A stretch of DNA of 64,000 nucleotides from Yuukianura sp. NJ FZ-2021. Taxonomy: Eukaryota. Location of the stretch: the NCBI GenBank assembly GCA_046563655.1, contig CM102287.1:1364001-1428000 (forward strand), given 5' to 3'. The notes under the pieces were generated by a model that saw nothing but the letters and a program-made list of their open reading frames with translations, had not been told where the DNA came from and did no database searches. Positions 1 to 12,700 of this stretch are shown one piece after another. The number at the start of each line of letters is the position of its first letter. Position 1 is the first letter of the stretch. The position numbers and the translations under genes were made by a program.

Positions 1-3000
1 GGTTACAAATTAGAGCATTAGTAGAATAACTTGTTGTCTATAAAGGCTTATAATCTGGACACAATGCTAATTACCTCTGTACAAGCTCATTTTTTAAAGC
101 AGCAGTTTGGCAAATTTCAAAACTTCGTTTCTGAGAAACCGCTCACATGTTGACAAACAATGGGTTTTTTTTTTGAAATCAACAGATTTGCCCGGTTACA
201 AATTAGAGCATTAGTAGAATAACTTGTTGTCTATAAAGGCTTATAATCTGGACACAATGCTAATTACCTCTGTACACGCTCATTTTTTAAAGCAGCAGTT
301 TGGTAAATTTCAAAACTTCGTTTCTGAGAAACCGCTCACATGTATGCAAACAATGGGGTTTTTTGGAAATCAACAGGTTTGCCCGGTTACAAATTAGAGC
401 ATTAGTAGAATAACTTGTTGTCTATAAAGGCTTATAATCTGGACACAATGCTAATTACCTCTGTACACGCTCATTTTTTAAAGCAGCAGTTTGGTAAATT
501 TCAAAACTTCGTTTCTGAGAAACCGCTCACATGTAGCAAACAATGGTTTTTTTTTTTTTGGAAATCAACAGGTTTGCCCGGTTACAAATTAGAGCATTAG
601 TAGAATAACTTGTTGTCTATAAAGGCTTATAATCTGGACACAATGCTAATTACCTCTGTACAAGCTCATTTTTTAAAGCAGCAGTTTGGTAAATTTCAAA
701 ACTTCGTTTCTGAGAAACCGCTCACATGTATGCAAACAATGGGTTTTTTGGAAATCAACAGGTTAGCATGGTTACAAATTAGAGCATTAGTAGAATAACT
801 TGTTGTCTATAAAGGCTTATAATCTGGACACAATGCTAATTACCTCTGTACAAGCTCATTTTTTAAAGCAGCAGTTTGGTAAATTTCAAAACTTTGTTTC
901 TGAGAAACCGCTCACATGCTGACAAACAATGGGTTTCTTGGAAATCAACAGGTTTGCCCGGTTACAAATTAGAGCATTAGTAGAATAACTTGTTGTCTAT
1001 AAAGGCTTATAATCTGGACACAATGCTAATTACCTCTGTACATGCTCATCTTTTAAAGCAGCAGTTTGGTAAATTTCAAAACTTTGTTTCTGAGAAACCG
1101 CTCACATGTTGACAAACAATAGGTTTTTTTGGAAATCATCAGGCTTGCCCGGTTACAAATTATAGCATTAGTAGAATAACTTGTTGTCTATAAAGGCTTA
1201 TAATCTGGACACAATGCTAATTACCTCTGTACAAGCTCATTTTTTAAAGCAGCAGTTTGGCAAATTTCAAAACTTCGTTTCTGAGAAACCGCTCACATGT
1301 AGCAAACAATGGTTTTTTTTTGGAAATCAACAGGTTTGCCCGGTTACAAATTAGAGCATTAGTAGAATAACTTGTTGTCTATAAAGGCTTATAATCTGGA
1401 CACAATGCTAATTACCTCTGTACACGCTCATTTTTTAAAGCAGCAGTTTGGTAAATTTCAAAACTTCGTTTCTGAGAAACCGCTCACATGTATGCAAACA
1501 ATGGTTTTTTTTGGAAATCAACAGGTTTGCCCGGTTACAAATTAGAGCATTAGTAGAATAACTTGTTGTCTATAAAGGCTTATAATCTGGACACAATGCT
1601 AATTACCTCTGTACAAGCTCATTTTTTAAAGCAGCAGTTTGGTAAATTTCAAAACTTCGTTTCTGAGAAACCGCTCACATGTATGCAAACAATGGGTTTT
1701 TTTGGAAATCAACAGGTTTGCTCGGTTACAAATTAGAGCATTAGTAGAATAACTTGTTGTCTATAAAGGCTTATAATCTGGACACAATGCTAATTACCTC
1801 TGTACACGCTCATTTTTTAAAGCAGCAGTTTGGTAAATTTCAAAACTTCGTTTCTGAGAAACCGCTCACATGTATGCAAACAATGGGGTTTTTTGGAAAT
1901 CAACAGGTTTGCCCGGTTACAAATTAGAGCATTAGTAGAATAACTTGTTGTCTATAAAGGCTTATAATCTGGACACAATGCTAATTACCTCTGTACACGC
2001 TCATTTTTTAAAGCAGCAGTTTGGTAAATTTCAAAACTTCGTTTCTGAGAAACCGCTCACATGTATGCAAACAATGGGGTTTTTTGGAAATCAACAGGGT
2101 TGCCCGGTTACAAATTAGAGCAGTAGTAGAATAACTTGTTGTCTATAAAGGCTTATAATCTGGACACAATGCTAATTACCTCTGTACAAGCTCATTTTTT
2201 AAAGCAGCAGTTTGGCAAATTTCAAAACTTCGTTTCTGAGAAACCGCTCACATGTAGACAAACAATGGGGTTTTTTGGAAATCAACAGGTTTGCCCGGTT
2301 ACAAATTAGAGCAGTAGTAGAATAACTTGTTGTCTATAAAGGCTTATAATCTGGACACAATGCTAATTACCTCTGTACAAGCTCATTTTTTAAAGCAGCA
2401 GTTTGGTAAATTTCAAAACTTCGTTTCTGAGAAACCGCTCACATGTAGCAAACAATGGTTTTTTTTGGAAATCAACAGGTTTGCTCGGTTACAAATTAGA
2501 GCATTAGTAGAATAACTTGTTGTCTATAAAGGCTTATAATCTGGACACAATGCTAATTACCTCTGTACAAGCTCATTTTTTAAAGCAGCAGTTTGGCAAA
2601 TTTCAAAACTTCGTTTCTGAGAAACCGCTCACATGTAGCAAACAATGGTTTTTTTGGGGAATCGACAGGTTTGCTCGGTTACAAATTAGAGCATTAGTAG
2701 AATAACTTGTTGTCTATAAAGGCTTATAATCTGGACACAATGCTAATTACCTCTGTACACGCTCATTTTTTAAAGCAGCAGTTTGGTAAATTTCAAAACT
2801 TCGTTTCTGAGAAACCGCTCACATGTATGCAAACAATGGGGTTTTTTGGAAATCAACAGGTTTGCCCGGTTACAAATTAGAGCATTAGTAGAATAACTTG
2901 TTGTCTATAAAGGCTTATAATCTGGACACAATGCTAATTACCTCTGTACACGCTCATTTTTTAAAGCTGCAGTTTGGCAAATTTCAAAACTTCGTTTCTG

Positions 3001-6000
3001 AGAAACCGCTCACATGTAGACAAACAGTGGGTTTTTTGGAAATCAACAGGTTTGCCCGGTTACAAATTAGAGCAGTAGTAGAATAACTTGTTGTCTATAA
3101 AGGCTTATAATCTGGACACAATGCTAATTACCTCTGTACACGCTCATTTTTTAAAGCAGCAGTTTGGTAAATTTCAAAACTTCGTTTCTGAGAAACCGCT
3201 CACATGTAGACAAACAATAGGGTTTTTTGGAAATCAACAGGTTTGCCCGGTTACAAATTAGAGCAGTAGTAGAATAACTTGTTGTCTATAAAGGCTTATA
3301 ATCTGGACACAATGCTAATTACCTCTGTACACGCCCATCTTCTAAGGCAGCAGTATAATAAATTTCAAAACTTCGTTTCTGAGAAACCGCTCACATGTTG
3401 ACAAACAATGGGTTTTTTGGAAATCAACAGGTTTGCCCGGTTACAAATTAGAGCATTAGTAGAATAACTTGTTGTCTATAAAGGCATATAATCTGGAGAG
3501 AATGCTAATTACCTCTGTACACGCTCATTTTTTGAGGCAGCAGTTTGATAAATTTCAAAACTTCGTTTCTGAGAAACCGCTCACATGTAGACAAACAATA
3601 GGGTTTTTTTGGAAATCATCAGGTTTGCCCGGTTACAAATTAGAGCATTAGTAGAATAACTTGTTGTCTATAAAGGCTTATAATCTGGACACAATGCTAA
3701 TTACCTCTGTACAAGCTCATTTTTTAAAGCAGCAGTTTGGTAAATTTCAAAACTTCGTTTCTGAGAAACCGCTCACATGTATGCAAACAATGGGGTTTTT
3801 GGAAATCAACAGGTTTGCCCGGTTACAAATTAGAGCATTAGTAGAATAACTTGTTGTCTATAAAGGCTTATAATCTGGACACAATGCTAATTACCTCTGT
3901 ACAAGCTCATTTTTTAAAGCAGCAGTTTGGCAAATTTCAAAACTTCGTTTCTGAGAAACCGCTCACGTGTTGACAAACAATAGGTTTTTTTTTGAAATCA
4001 ACAGGTTTGCTCGGTTACAAATTAGAGCATTAGTAGAATAACTTGTTGTCTATAAAGGCTTATAATCTGGACACAATGCTAATTACCTCTGTACAAGCTC
4101 ATTTTTTAAAGCAGCAGTTTGGCAAATTTCAAAACTTCGTTTCTGAGAAACCGCTCACATGTAGCAAACAATGGGGTTTTTTGGGAATCAACAGGTTTGC
4201 TCGGTTACAAATTAGAGCATTAGTAGAATAACTTGTTGTCTATAAAGGCTTATAATCTGGACACAATGCTAATTACCTCTGTACAAGCTCATTTTTTAAA
4301 GCAGCAGTTTGGCAAATTTCAAAACTTCGTTTCTGAGAAACCGCTCACATGTAGCAAACAATTTGGTTTTTTGGAAATCAACAGGTTTGCCCGGTTACAA
4401 ATTAGAGCATTAGTAGAATAACTTGTTGTCTATAAAGGCTTATAATCTGGACACAATGCTAATTACCTCTGTACATGTTCATCTTTTAAAGCAACAGTTT
4501 GGTAAATTTCAAAACTTTGTTTCTGAGAAACCGCTCACATGTAGACAAACAATATGGTTTTTTGGAAATCATCAGGTTTGCCCGGTTACAAATTAGAGCA
4601 GTAGTAGAATAACTTGTTGTCTATAAAGGCTTATAATCTGGACACAATGCTAATTACCTCTGTACAAGCTCATTTTTTAAAGCAGCAGTTTGGCAAATTT
4701 CAAAACTTCGTTTCTGAGAAACCGCTCACATGTATGCAAACAATGGGGTTTTGGAAATCAACAGGTTTGCCCGGTTACAAATTAGAGCATTAGTAGAATA
4801 ACTTGTTGTCTATAAAGGCTTATAATCTGGACACAATGCTAATTACCTCTGTACAAGCTCATTTTTTAAAGCAGCAGTTTGGCAAATTTCAAAACTTCGT
4901 TTCTGAGAAACCGCTCACATGTAACAAACAATGGTTTTTTTGGGAATCAACAGGTTTGCTCGGTTACAAATTAGAGCATTAGTAGAATAACTTGTTGTCT
5001 ATAAAGGCTTATAATCTGGACACAATGCTAATTACCTCTGTACAAGCTCATTTTTTAAAGCAGCAGTTTGGCAAATTTCAAAACTTCGTTTCTGAGAAAC
5101 CGCTCACATGTAGCAAACAATGGTTTTTTTTGGGAATCAACAGGTTTGCTCGGTTACAAATTAGAGCATTAGTAGAATAACTTGTTGTCTATAAAGGCTT
5201 ATAATCTGGACACAATGCTAATTACCTCTGTACAAGCTCATTTTTTAAAGCAGCAGTTTGGTAAATTTCAAAACTTCGTTTCTGAGAAACCGCTCACATG
5301 TATGCAAACAATGGTTTTTTTGGGGAATCAACAGGTTTGCTCGGTTACAAATTAGAGCATTAGTAGAATAACTTGTTGTCTATAAAGGCTTATAATCTGG
5401 ACACAATGCTAATTACCTCTGCACATGCTCATCTTTTAAAGCAGCAGTTTGATAAATTTCAAAACTTTGTTTCTGAGAAACCGCTCACGTGTTGACAAAC
5501 AATAGGTTTTTTTTTGAAATCAACAGATTTGCCCGGTTACAAATTATAGCATTAGTAGAATAACTTGTTGTCTATAAAGGCTTATAATCTGGACACAAAG
5601 CTAATTACCTGTGTACACGCCCATCTTTTAAAGCAACAGTTTGATAAATTTCAAAACTTCGTTTCTGAGAAACCGCTCACATGTATGCAAACAATGGGGT
5701 TTTTTGGAAATCAACAGGTTTGCCCGGTTACAAATTAGAGCAGTAGTAGAATAACTTGTTGTCTATAAAGGCTTATAATCTGGACACAATGCTAATTACC
5801 TCTGTACACGCTCATCTTTTAAAGCAACAGTTTGATAAATTTCAAAACTTCGTTTCCCAGAAACCGCTCACATGTATGCAAACAATGGGGTTTTTTGGAA
5901 ATCAACAGGTTTGCCCGGTTACAAATTAGAGCAGTAGTAGAATAACTTGTTGTCTATAAAGGCTTATAATCTGGACACAATGCTAATTACCTCTGTACAC

Positions 6001-6051
6001 GCTCATCTTTTAAAGCAACAGTTTGATAAATTTCAAAACTTCGTTTCCCAG
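1..6051. repeat. ~190-bp tandem satellite array, segment 1 (~32 monomers)
   Basis: Monomer TTGTTGTCTATAAAGGCTTATAATCTGGACACAATGCTAATTACCTCTGTAC...GGTTACAAATTAGAGCATTAGTAGAATAAC recurs head-to-tail every ~190-192 bp (e.g. starts 2327, 2517; 4043, 4233). Length variation sits mainly in a G/T homopolymer. Confidence 0.99.
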
Positions 6052-6489
6052 TGTTGAAAATACCAAACAAGATTATGATTAATTACTTATTAGGATTCAT
6101 GATTTGTTCTATATGACTAATTAAGGTCTAGGACTTTTTACTACGTAAGTAGGAACAGGAATTGGTCGCCTACAATTAATTAGGTTGTTAATACAAGGTT
6201 ATTCTTTGTGTATAATTTATAAGTTAGAACCAGGAACCAGGAAAATAGTTATAAGGTCAGTTCTGACGTACACTCTAGGAAGAATAACGTTTTAGTTAAT
6301 GTCACTAGGAAATGACTAGTGTTAAGTCTAGGTCACTAGGTTAGTATAAATACTAGTTACCTAGATTGTTAGAATTAGTAGTGCCTCGTAGATTGTTGGT
6401 GTAACAACTTTATTGTGTAAAATAAAAACTCTCAGAAAATCCAAGTTCAGTTGTGTAGCTTGTGTGGGGTTTATTAAATATTTTCAACA
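6052..6489 (+). repeat. 5' LTR of copia copy 1 (438 bp)
   Basis: Starts TGTTGAAAA and ends TTTTCAACA (terminal inverted repeat). Matches the LTRs at 34626 and 41097. TATAAATA at 6345-6352, AATAAA at 6421-6426. Confidence 0.96.
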
Positions 6490-6503
6490 CGTTATCAGCA
6501 CGA
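6490..6503 (+). other. Primer-binding site CGTTATCAGCACGA (complementary to the anticodon arm of tRNA-Ile IAU; half-tRNA type)
   Basis: Directly follows the LTR CA. Reverse complement TCGTGCTGATAACG matches the recalled tRNA-Ile(AAU) anticodon arm TCGTGCTAATAACG except at wobble A34 (inosine). Confidence 0.75.
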
Positions 6504-6542
6504 ACTCCGTAAGAAAAACTTTCTCCGAACCGAAAAGACGCA

Positions 6543-9500
6543 ATGGCTTCCTCCGCCAACACAACAACAACTGTAGCAGCAACCGGTGAGACGGTGACCA
6601 GTTATCATTTTCTAAATAAGAAATTTGATACTGATTCAATTGCAAAATTGAATGACGACAACTACATAACTTGGAAGTTGAGACTTGAAAGTCTCTTTCG
6701 TGCCCATGACATTCTTGGGGTAGTCCAAGGGACTACGCCCAGACCAGCAACCGCTGGCACGGATCAAAGTCGATGGGACAAGCAGAACAATGAGGCCATT
6801 ACCTGCATGTACTTGTGCATCAAGGACAAAGAGTTGAGCACAATAGCAGGTTGTGCCACGGCTTCTGAAGCGTGGAAGAAATTAGCTACAATTCATCAAG
6901 ACGTGAGTGGTGAATCAAAGGGACTCCTGTGGCAGAAATTCTACAATGTGAAAACAAGCCAAGACAAAAGTGCCCTTCAAGCTATGATCGAGATTCAAAA
7001 CATTGCCGTGCAGTTGAGGTCACTTGGCTCAACTGTGGACGAGGAATCAGAGGTGTCTCGCATCATCACAAGCTTAGATGACAGCAAGTACAGACACTTC
7101 AAGGAGGCATGGAGATCAGTGGAAAGCACGAAGAGAACCACTGGGAATCTCCTCTCAAGACTCAAGGCTCTTGACCTAGAACAAACCACAACCACAGAAA
7201 AGAAGAATGATGAGTCAGCATCAAAGTCTTTTTACTCCAACGAAGGAGGAAGAGGTGGAAAATTTAAAAACCAGAGGGACAAAACAAATGATGTTTGCCG
7301 CCTTTGCCACCAAAAAGGCCATTGGGCCAAAAATTGTGGTTTAACGCTGAATCCAAGACAAGTCAGCACTGTTCGGCCTCAAGGAAAGAAAATAAACAGA
7401 TACACGGGAACATGGAAACGGGATCCAAACTACAAACCGCATGAGCAGTCCAACAGGGACAAAAATGCTTACATGGCGTGGCAAAGCGATGACCTCGCGG
7501 ACCAATGGATCAACGACTCCGGTGCGGATCAGCACTACTGCGGAAACCGGGAATGGTTTTCGGATTTTACGGTTTACGAAGAACCGAAACGGATTTCCAT
7601 GGCGAATAATTCGACCAGTTTTGCCTTAGGCTTTGGCTCAGTGAAAGTCAACGCCTTGAGACAAGGCAGATGGGGAATCATCGAGTTACAAAATGTGGAT
7701 TACGTTCCACAAGGAGTCAATCTCGTGTCAGAAAACGTCCTTCTGGAGAAAGGATTTGAAGTGATCAAAAATCGTTATGGGGACATAACGTTTTACTACA
7801 ACAATGAACCAGACATTGAAGCTGTCAGAAAAGATGGGCTTCAAATTATGAAGTTTAAACCCATAAGAAACCATGCGTTCACTTGCATCAAGGAGATTAC
7901 ATGGCACAAGCGCCTTGCCCACATCAATGGGGAATATTTGAAATTGACCAAAGAGAAAGAAGCAGCCACTGGATTGGAGAAAATGAAAGAAGAGGACTTC
8001 ACCTGCAATTCATGCATTCTTGGGAAAATCCAAGCGACAAGGCTACAAATCCAGCAAAAGTGAAAGCAATTTCAAAGTTGGCGAATGTCTACATTTGGAT
8101 CTGGGATATGCTAATACGACCTCAAAACGGGGCAACAAATACTTTTTGGTAATCAAAGACCAAGAAAGTAATTTTAGACAAGTCTATGCCCAGAAGACAA
8201 AAGACGAGACCGTGCGGAACATCAAGGATGCCGTGCACTTTATCGCCAATCAAACAGGAAACCACGTCAAGGTCATCAGAAGTGACAATGGGACGGAGAT
8301 CGTCAACGAGGAATTAAAACAATTTCTCTCCCGAAAAGGAATTCAGTTAGGGACAAACGCTCCCTATTCCAGTGAAAGCAACGGTTTCATAGAACGGGAT
8401 ATCAGGACGATCCAGGACGCCTCCCGCACGATGCTGATTGAAGCAAATCTAAACGAAAGTTTTTGGGAAGATTCTGTTAAGACAGCGGTCTACTTGCTGA
8501 ATCGGACTTTGTCCTCCAGAAACAAAACAAAAACTCCATTTGAAATGGTGTTTGGAAAAATTCCAAAATTGTATCATGTCAAGACTTTTGGATGTGAAGC
8601 TTTCGCCCACAAAATGGTCAATGTCAACAAATGGGAAGAGAAAGCTACAAAATGTATCCTGGTTGGATACAATTCAGCAAACGATTTGTACCGATTGTAC
8701 AACAAAGAGAAAGGTGTTTACTTTGAACAAACTAAACACGTCGTTTTTGCCGAAAACGTTGAACGACACAACGCTGCTGACATCTTACAAGAAGACATTG
8801 CAACAGTGCAGAAACTGTCAACTCGAGTTGAATCTACCGAAGTGAAAGCGGACACAGATGCAAATAAGATTCTTCTTCGAAAATCGTCAAATGGAGAATA
8901 CGAAATAATTTCTCGAGAAACGACAAATGACAATACGGAACCGGATTACGTCAATCTTGAGCAGTTGTCTATCAAATCAGATCCTGGAACTGACTCAACT
9001 GAGCAACCAGAAAACTCCAGCACAAGCGGACCTGAACTGAGAAGATCAGCTCGGCTCAAAGATAAAGCGACAAAATATCAAATGTTTGTCAAGAAAACAG
9101 TGCCTTCCAGCTACAAAGAGGCCATCACATCAGAAGAGGTTGATGAATGGCAAGAAGCGATGGAAGATGAATTTAGGAGCCAACTTCAAAACAAAACATG
9201 GATTCTCGTCTCCAGACCACTAAATCGCAAAATACTCAAAAATCGTTGGGTATTTCGGATCAAAAATAACCCTGATGGGTCAATTGAAAAATACAAAGCC
9301 AGGCTAGTAGTCAAAGGCTTTAGTCAAGTCGAAGGAGTGGATTATGAAGAAACTTTCGCTCCTGTCTGCCGCTACGAGACGATCCGAATCATGTTAGCCC
9401 TAGCAGCACAAGAAGGGTGGAATATGACTCAGTTTGACATTACCACAGCATTTCTCAACAGTACTCTGGATGAAGAAATTTACATGGAGCAACCAGAAGG

Positions 9501-9639
9501 GTTTGAAGTACAAAGGGACTAGTGCTTACGGGGACAATCTCGTTTGTCTACTCAAGAAGGGGTTGTATGGACTGAAACAAGCCCCTCGATACCCTCGATG
9601 CTGGAATCACACGCTTAATTCGGAACTTCAGAAATTGGG
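6543..9639 (+). CDS. gag-pol: Gag-Pol polyprotein of copia copy 1 (partial; +1 frameshifts near 8025 and 9513)
   Basis: ORFs 6543-8063, 8020-9522 and 9434-gap. Motifs KLNDDNYITWK, CCHC, WINDSGADQH, WHKRLAH..CNSC, HLDLG, RSDNGTE, ERDIRT, KYKARLVVKGF, FDITTAFLN, LYGLKQAPR. Both frameshifts are one extra A in homopolymers relative to copy 2. Confidence 0.93.
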
Positions 9640-9739
9640 NNNNNNNNNNNNNNNNNNNNNNNNNNNNNNNNNNNNNNNNNNNNNNNNNNNNNNNNNNNNN
9701 NNNNNNNNNNNNNNNNNNNNNNNNNNNNNNNNNNNNNNN
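9640..9739. other. Assembly gap (100 N)
   Basis: Run of 100 n, a typical fixed-length scaffolding gap. Confidence 0.99.
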
Positions 9740-12700
9740 GCATAAGTAGAATAACTTGTTGTCTATAAAGGCTTATAATCTGGACACAATGATAATTACC
9801 TCTGTACAAGCTCATTTTTTAAAGCAGCAGTTTGGCAAATTTCAAAACTTCGTTTCTGAGAAACCGCTCACATGTAGCAAACAATGGTTTTTTTGGGAAT
9901 CAACATGTTTGCTCGGTTACAAATTAGAGCATTAGTAGAATAACTTGTTGTCTATAAAGGCTTATAATCTGGACACAATGCTAATTACCTCTGTACACGC
10001 TCATTTTTAAAGCAGCAGTTTGGTAAATTTCAAAACTTTGTTTCTGAGAAACCGATCACATGTATGCAAACAATGGGGTTTTTTGGAAATCAACAGGTTT
10101 GCCCGGTTACAAATTAGAGCATTAGTAGAATAAATTGTTGTCTATAAAGGCTTATAATCAGGACACAATGCTAATTACCTCTGTACACGCTCATCTTTTA
10201 AAGCAACACTTTGATAAATTTCAAAACTTCGTTTCCCAGAAACCGCTCACAAGTAGACAAACAATGGGGTTTTTTGGGAATCAACAGGTTTGCTCGGTTA
10301 CAAATTAGAGCATTAGTAGAATAACTTGTTGTCTATAAAGGCTAATAATCTGGACACAATGCTAATTACCTCTGTACAAGCTCATTTTTTAAAGCAGCAG
10401 TTTGGCAAATTTCAAAACTTCGTTTCTGAGAAACCGCTCACATGTATGCAAACAATGGGGTTTTTTGGAAATCAACACTTTTGCCCGGTTACAAATTAGA
10501 GCAGTAGTAGAATAACTTGTTGTCTATAAAGGCTTATAATCTGGACACAATGCTAATTACCTCTGTACACGCTCATCTTTTAAAGCAACAGTTTGATAAA
10601 TTTCAAAACTTCGTTTCCCAGAACCGCTCACATGTAGACAAACAATAGGGTTTTTTGGAAATCAACAGGTTTGCCCGGTTACAAATTAGAGCATTAGTAG
10701 AATAACTTGTTGTCTATAAAGGCTTATAATCTGGACACAATGCTAATTACCTCTGTACACGCTCATCTTTTAAAGCAACAGTTTGATAAATTTCAAAACT
10801 TCGTTTCCCAGAACCGCTCACATGTAGACAAACAATAGGGTTTTTTGGAAATCAACAGGTTTGCCCGGTTATAAATTAGAGCAGTAGTAGAATAACTTGT
10901 CTATAAAGGCTTATAATCTGGACACAATGCTAATAACCTCTGTACAAGCTCATTTTTTAAAGCAGCAGTTTGGCAAATTTCAAAACTTCGTTTCTGAGAA
11001 ACCGCTCACATGTAGCAAACAATGGTTTTTTTGGGAATCAACAGGTTTGCTCGGTTACAAATTAGAGCATTAGTAGAATAACTTGTTGTCTATAAAGGCT
11101 TATAATCTGGACACAATGCTAATTACCTCTGTACAAGCTCATTTTTTAAAGCAGCAGTTTGGCAAATTTCAAAACTTCGTTTCTGAGAAACCGCTCACAT
11201 GTAGCAAACAATGGTTTTTTTTGGGAATCAACATGTTTGCTCGGTTACAAATTAGAGCATTAGTAGAATAACTTGTTGTCTATAAAGGCTTATAATCTGG
11301 ACACAATGCTAATTACCTCTGTACACGCTCATTTTTAAAGCAGCAGTTTGGTAAATTTCAAAACTTTGTTTCTGAGAAACCGATCACATGTATGCAAACA
11401 ATGGGGTTTTTGGAAATCAACAGGTTTGCCCGGTTACAAATTAGAGCATTAGTAGAATAAATTGTTGTCTATAAAGGCTTATAATCAGGACACAATGCTA
11501 ATTACCTCTGTACACGCTCATCTTTTAAAGCAACAGTTTGATAAATTTCAAAACTTCGTTTCCCAGAAACCGCTCACAAGTAGACAAACAATGGGGTTTT
11601 TTGGAAATCAACAGGTTTGCCCGGTTACAAATTAGAGCATTAGTAGAATAACTTGTTGTCTATAAAGGCTTATAATCTGGACACAATGCTAATTACCTCT
11701 GTACACGCTCATCTTTTAAAGCAGCAGTTTGGCAAATTTCAAAACTTCGTTTCTGAGAAACCGCTCACATGTAGCAAACAATGGTTTTTTTTTGGGAATC
11801 AACAGGTTTGCTCGGTTACAAATTAGAGCATTAGTAGAATAACTTGTTGTCTATAAAGGCTTATAATCTGGACACAATGCTAATTACCTCTGTACAAGCT
11901 CATTTTTTAAAGCAGCAGTTTGGCAAATTTCAAAACTTCGTTTCTGAGAAACCGCTCACATGTAGCAAACAATGGTTTTTTTGGGAATCAACATGTTTGC
12001 TCGGTTACAAATTAGAGCATTAGTAGAATAACTTGTTGTCTATAAAGGCTTATAATCTGGACACAATGCTAATTACCTCTGTACACGCTCATTTTTTAAA
12101 GCAGCAGTTTGGTAAATTTCAAAACTTTGTTTCTGAGAAACCGATCACATGTATGCAAACAATGGGGTTTTTTGGAAATCAACAGGTTTGCCCGGTTACA
12201 AATTAGAGCATTAGTAGAATAAATTGTTGTCTATAAAGGCTTATAATCAGGACACAATGCTAATTACCTCTGTACACGCTCATCTTTTAAAGCAACAGTT
12301 TGATAAATTTCAAAACTTCGTTTCCCAGAAACCGCTCACAAGTAGACAAACAATGGGGTTTTTTGGAAATCAACAGGTTTGCCCGGTTACAAATTAGAGC
12401 AGTAGTAGAATAACTTGTTGTCTATAAAGGCTTATAATCTGGACACAATGCTAATTACCTCTGTACACGCTCATCTTTTAAAGCAACAGTTTGATAAATT
12501 TCAAAACTTACGTTTCCCAGAAACCGCTCACATGTAGACAAACAATAGGGTTTTTGGAAATCAACAGGTTTGCCCGGTTACAAATTAGAGCAGTAGTAGA
12601 ATAACTTGTTGTCTATAAAGGCTTATAATCTGGACACAATGCTAATTACCTCTGTACACGCTCATCTTTTAAAGCAACAGTTTGATAAATTTCAAAACTT

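Larger units (their letters stand above)
6052..9639 (+). mobile_element. Ty1/copia LTR retrotransposon, copy 1, truncated at the assembly gap
   Basis: 5' LTR TG..CA, PBS, then gag (CCHC knuckle CRLCHQKGHWAKNC), protease (DSGA), integrase (HHCC, D,D,E) and the RT N-terminus in copia order. Near-identical to 34626-38216. Ends at the N run. Confidence 0.97.

Noticed and set aside
8020..8063. Programmed ribosomal frameshift between gag-PR and integrase in copy 1
   Set aside because: Copy 2 is continuous here (GGGAAATCC vs GGGAAAATCC) and the shift falls inside the integrase; a homopolymer indel explains it.
6995..8933. Antisense and alternative-frame ORFs within the copia (also 34950-39827)
   Set aside because: Short shadows of the gag-pol-env frame with no motifs; recurrence in both copies only reflects DNA identity.
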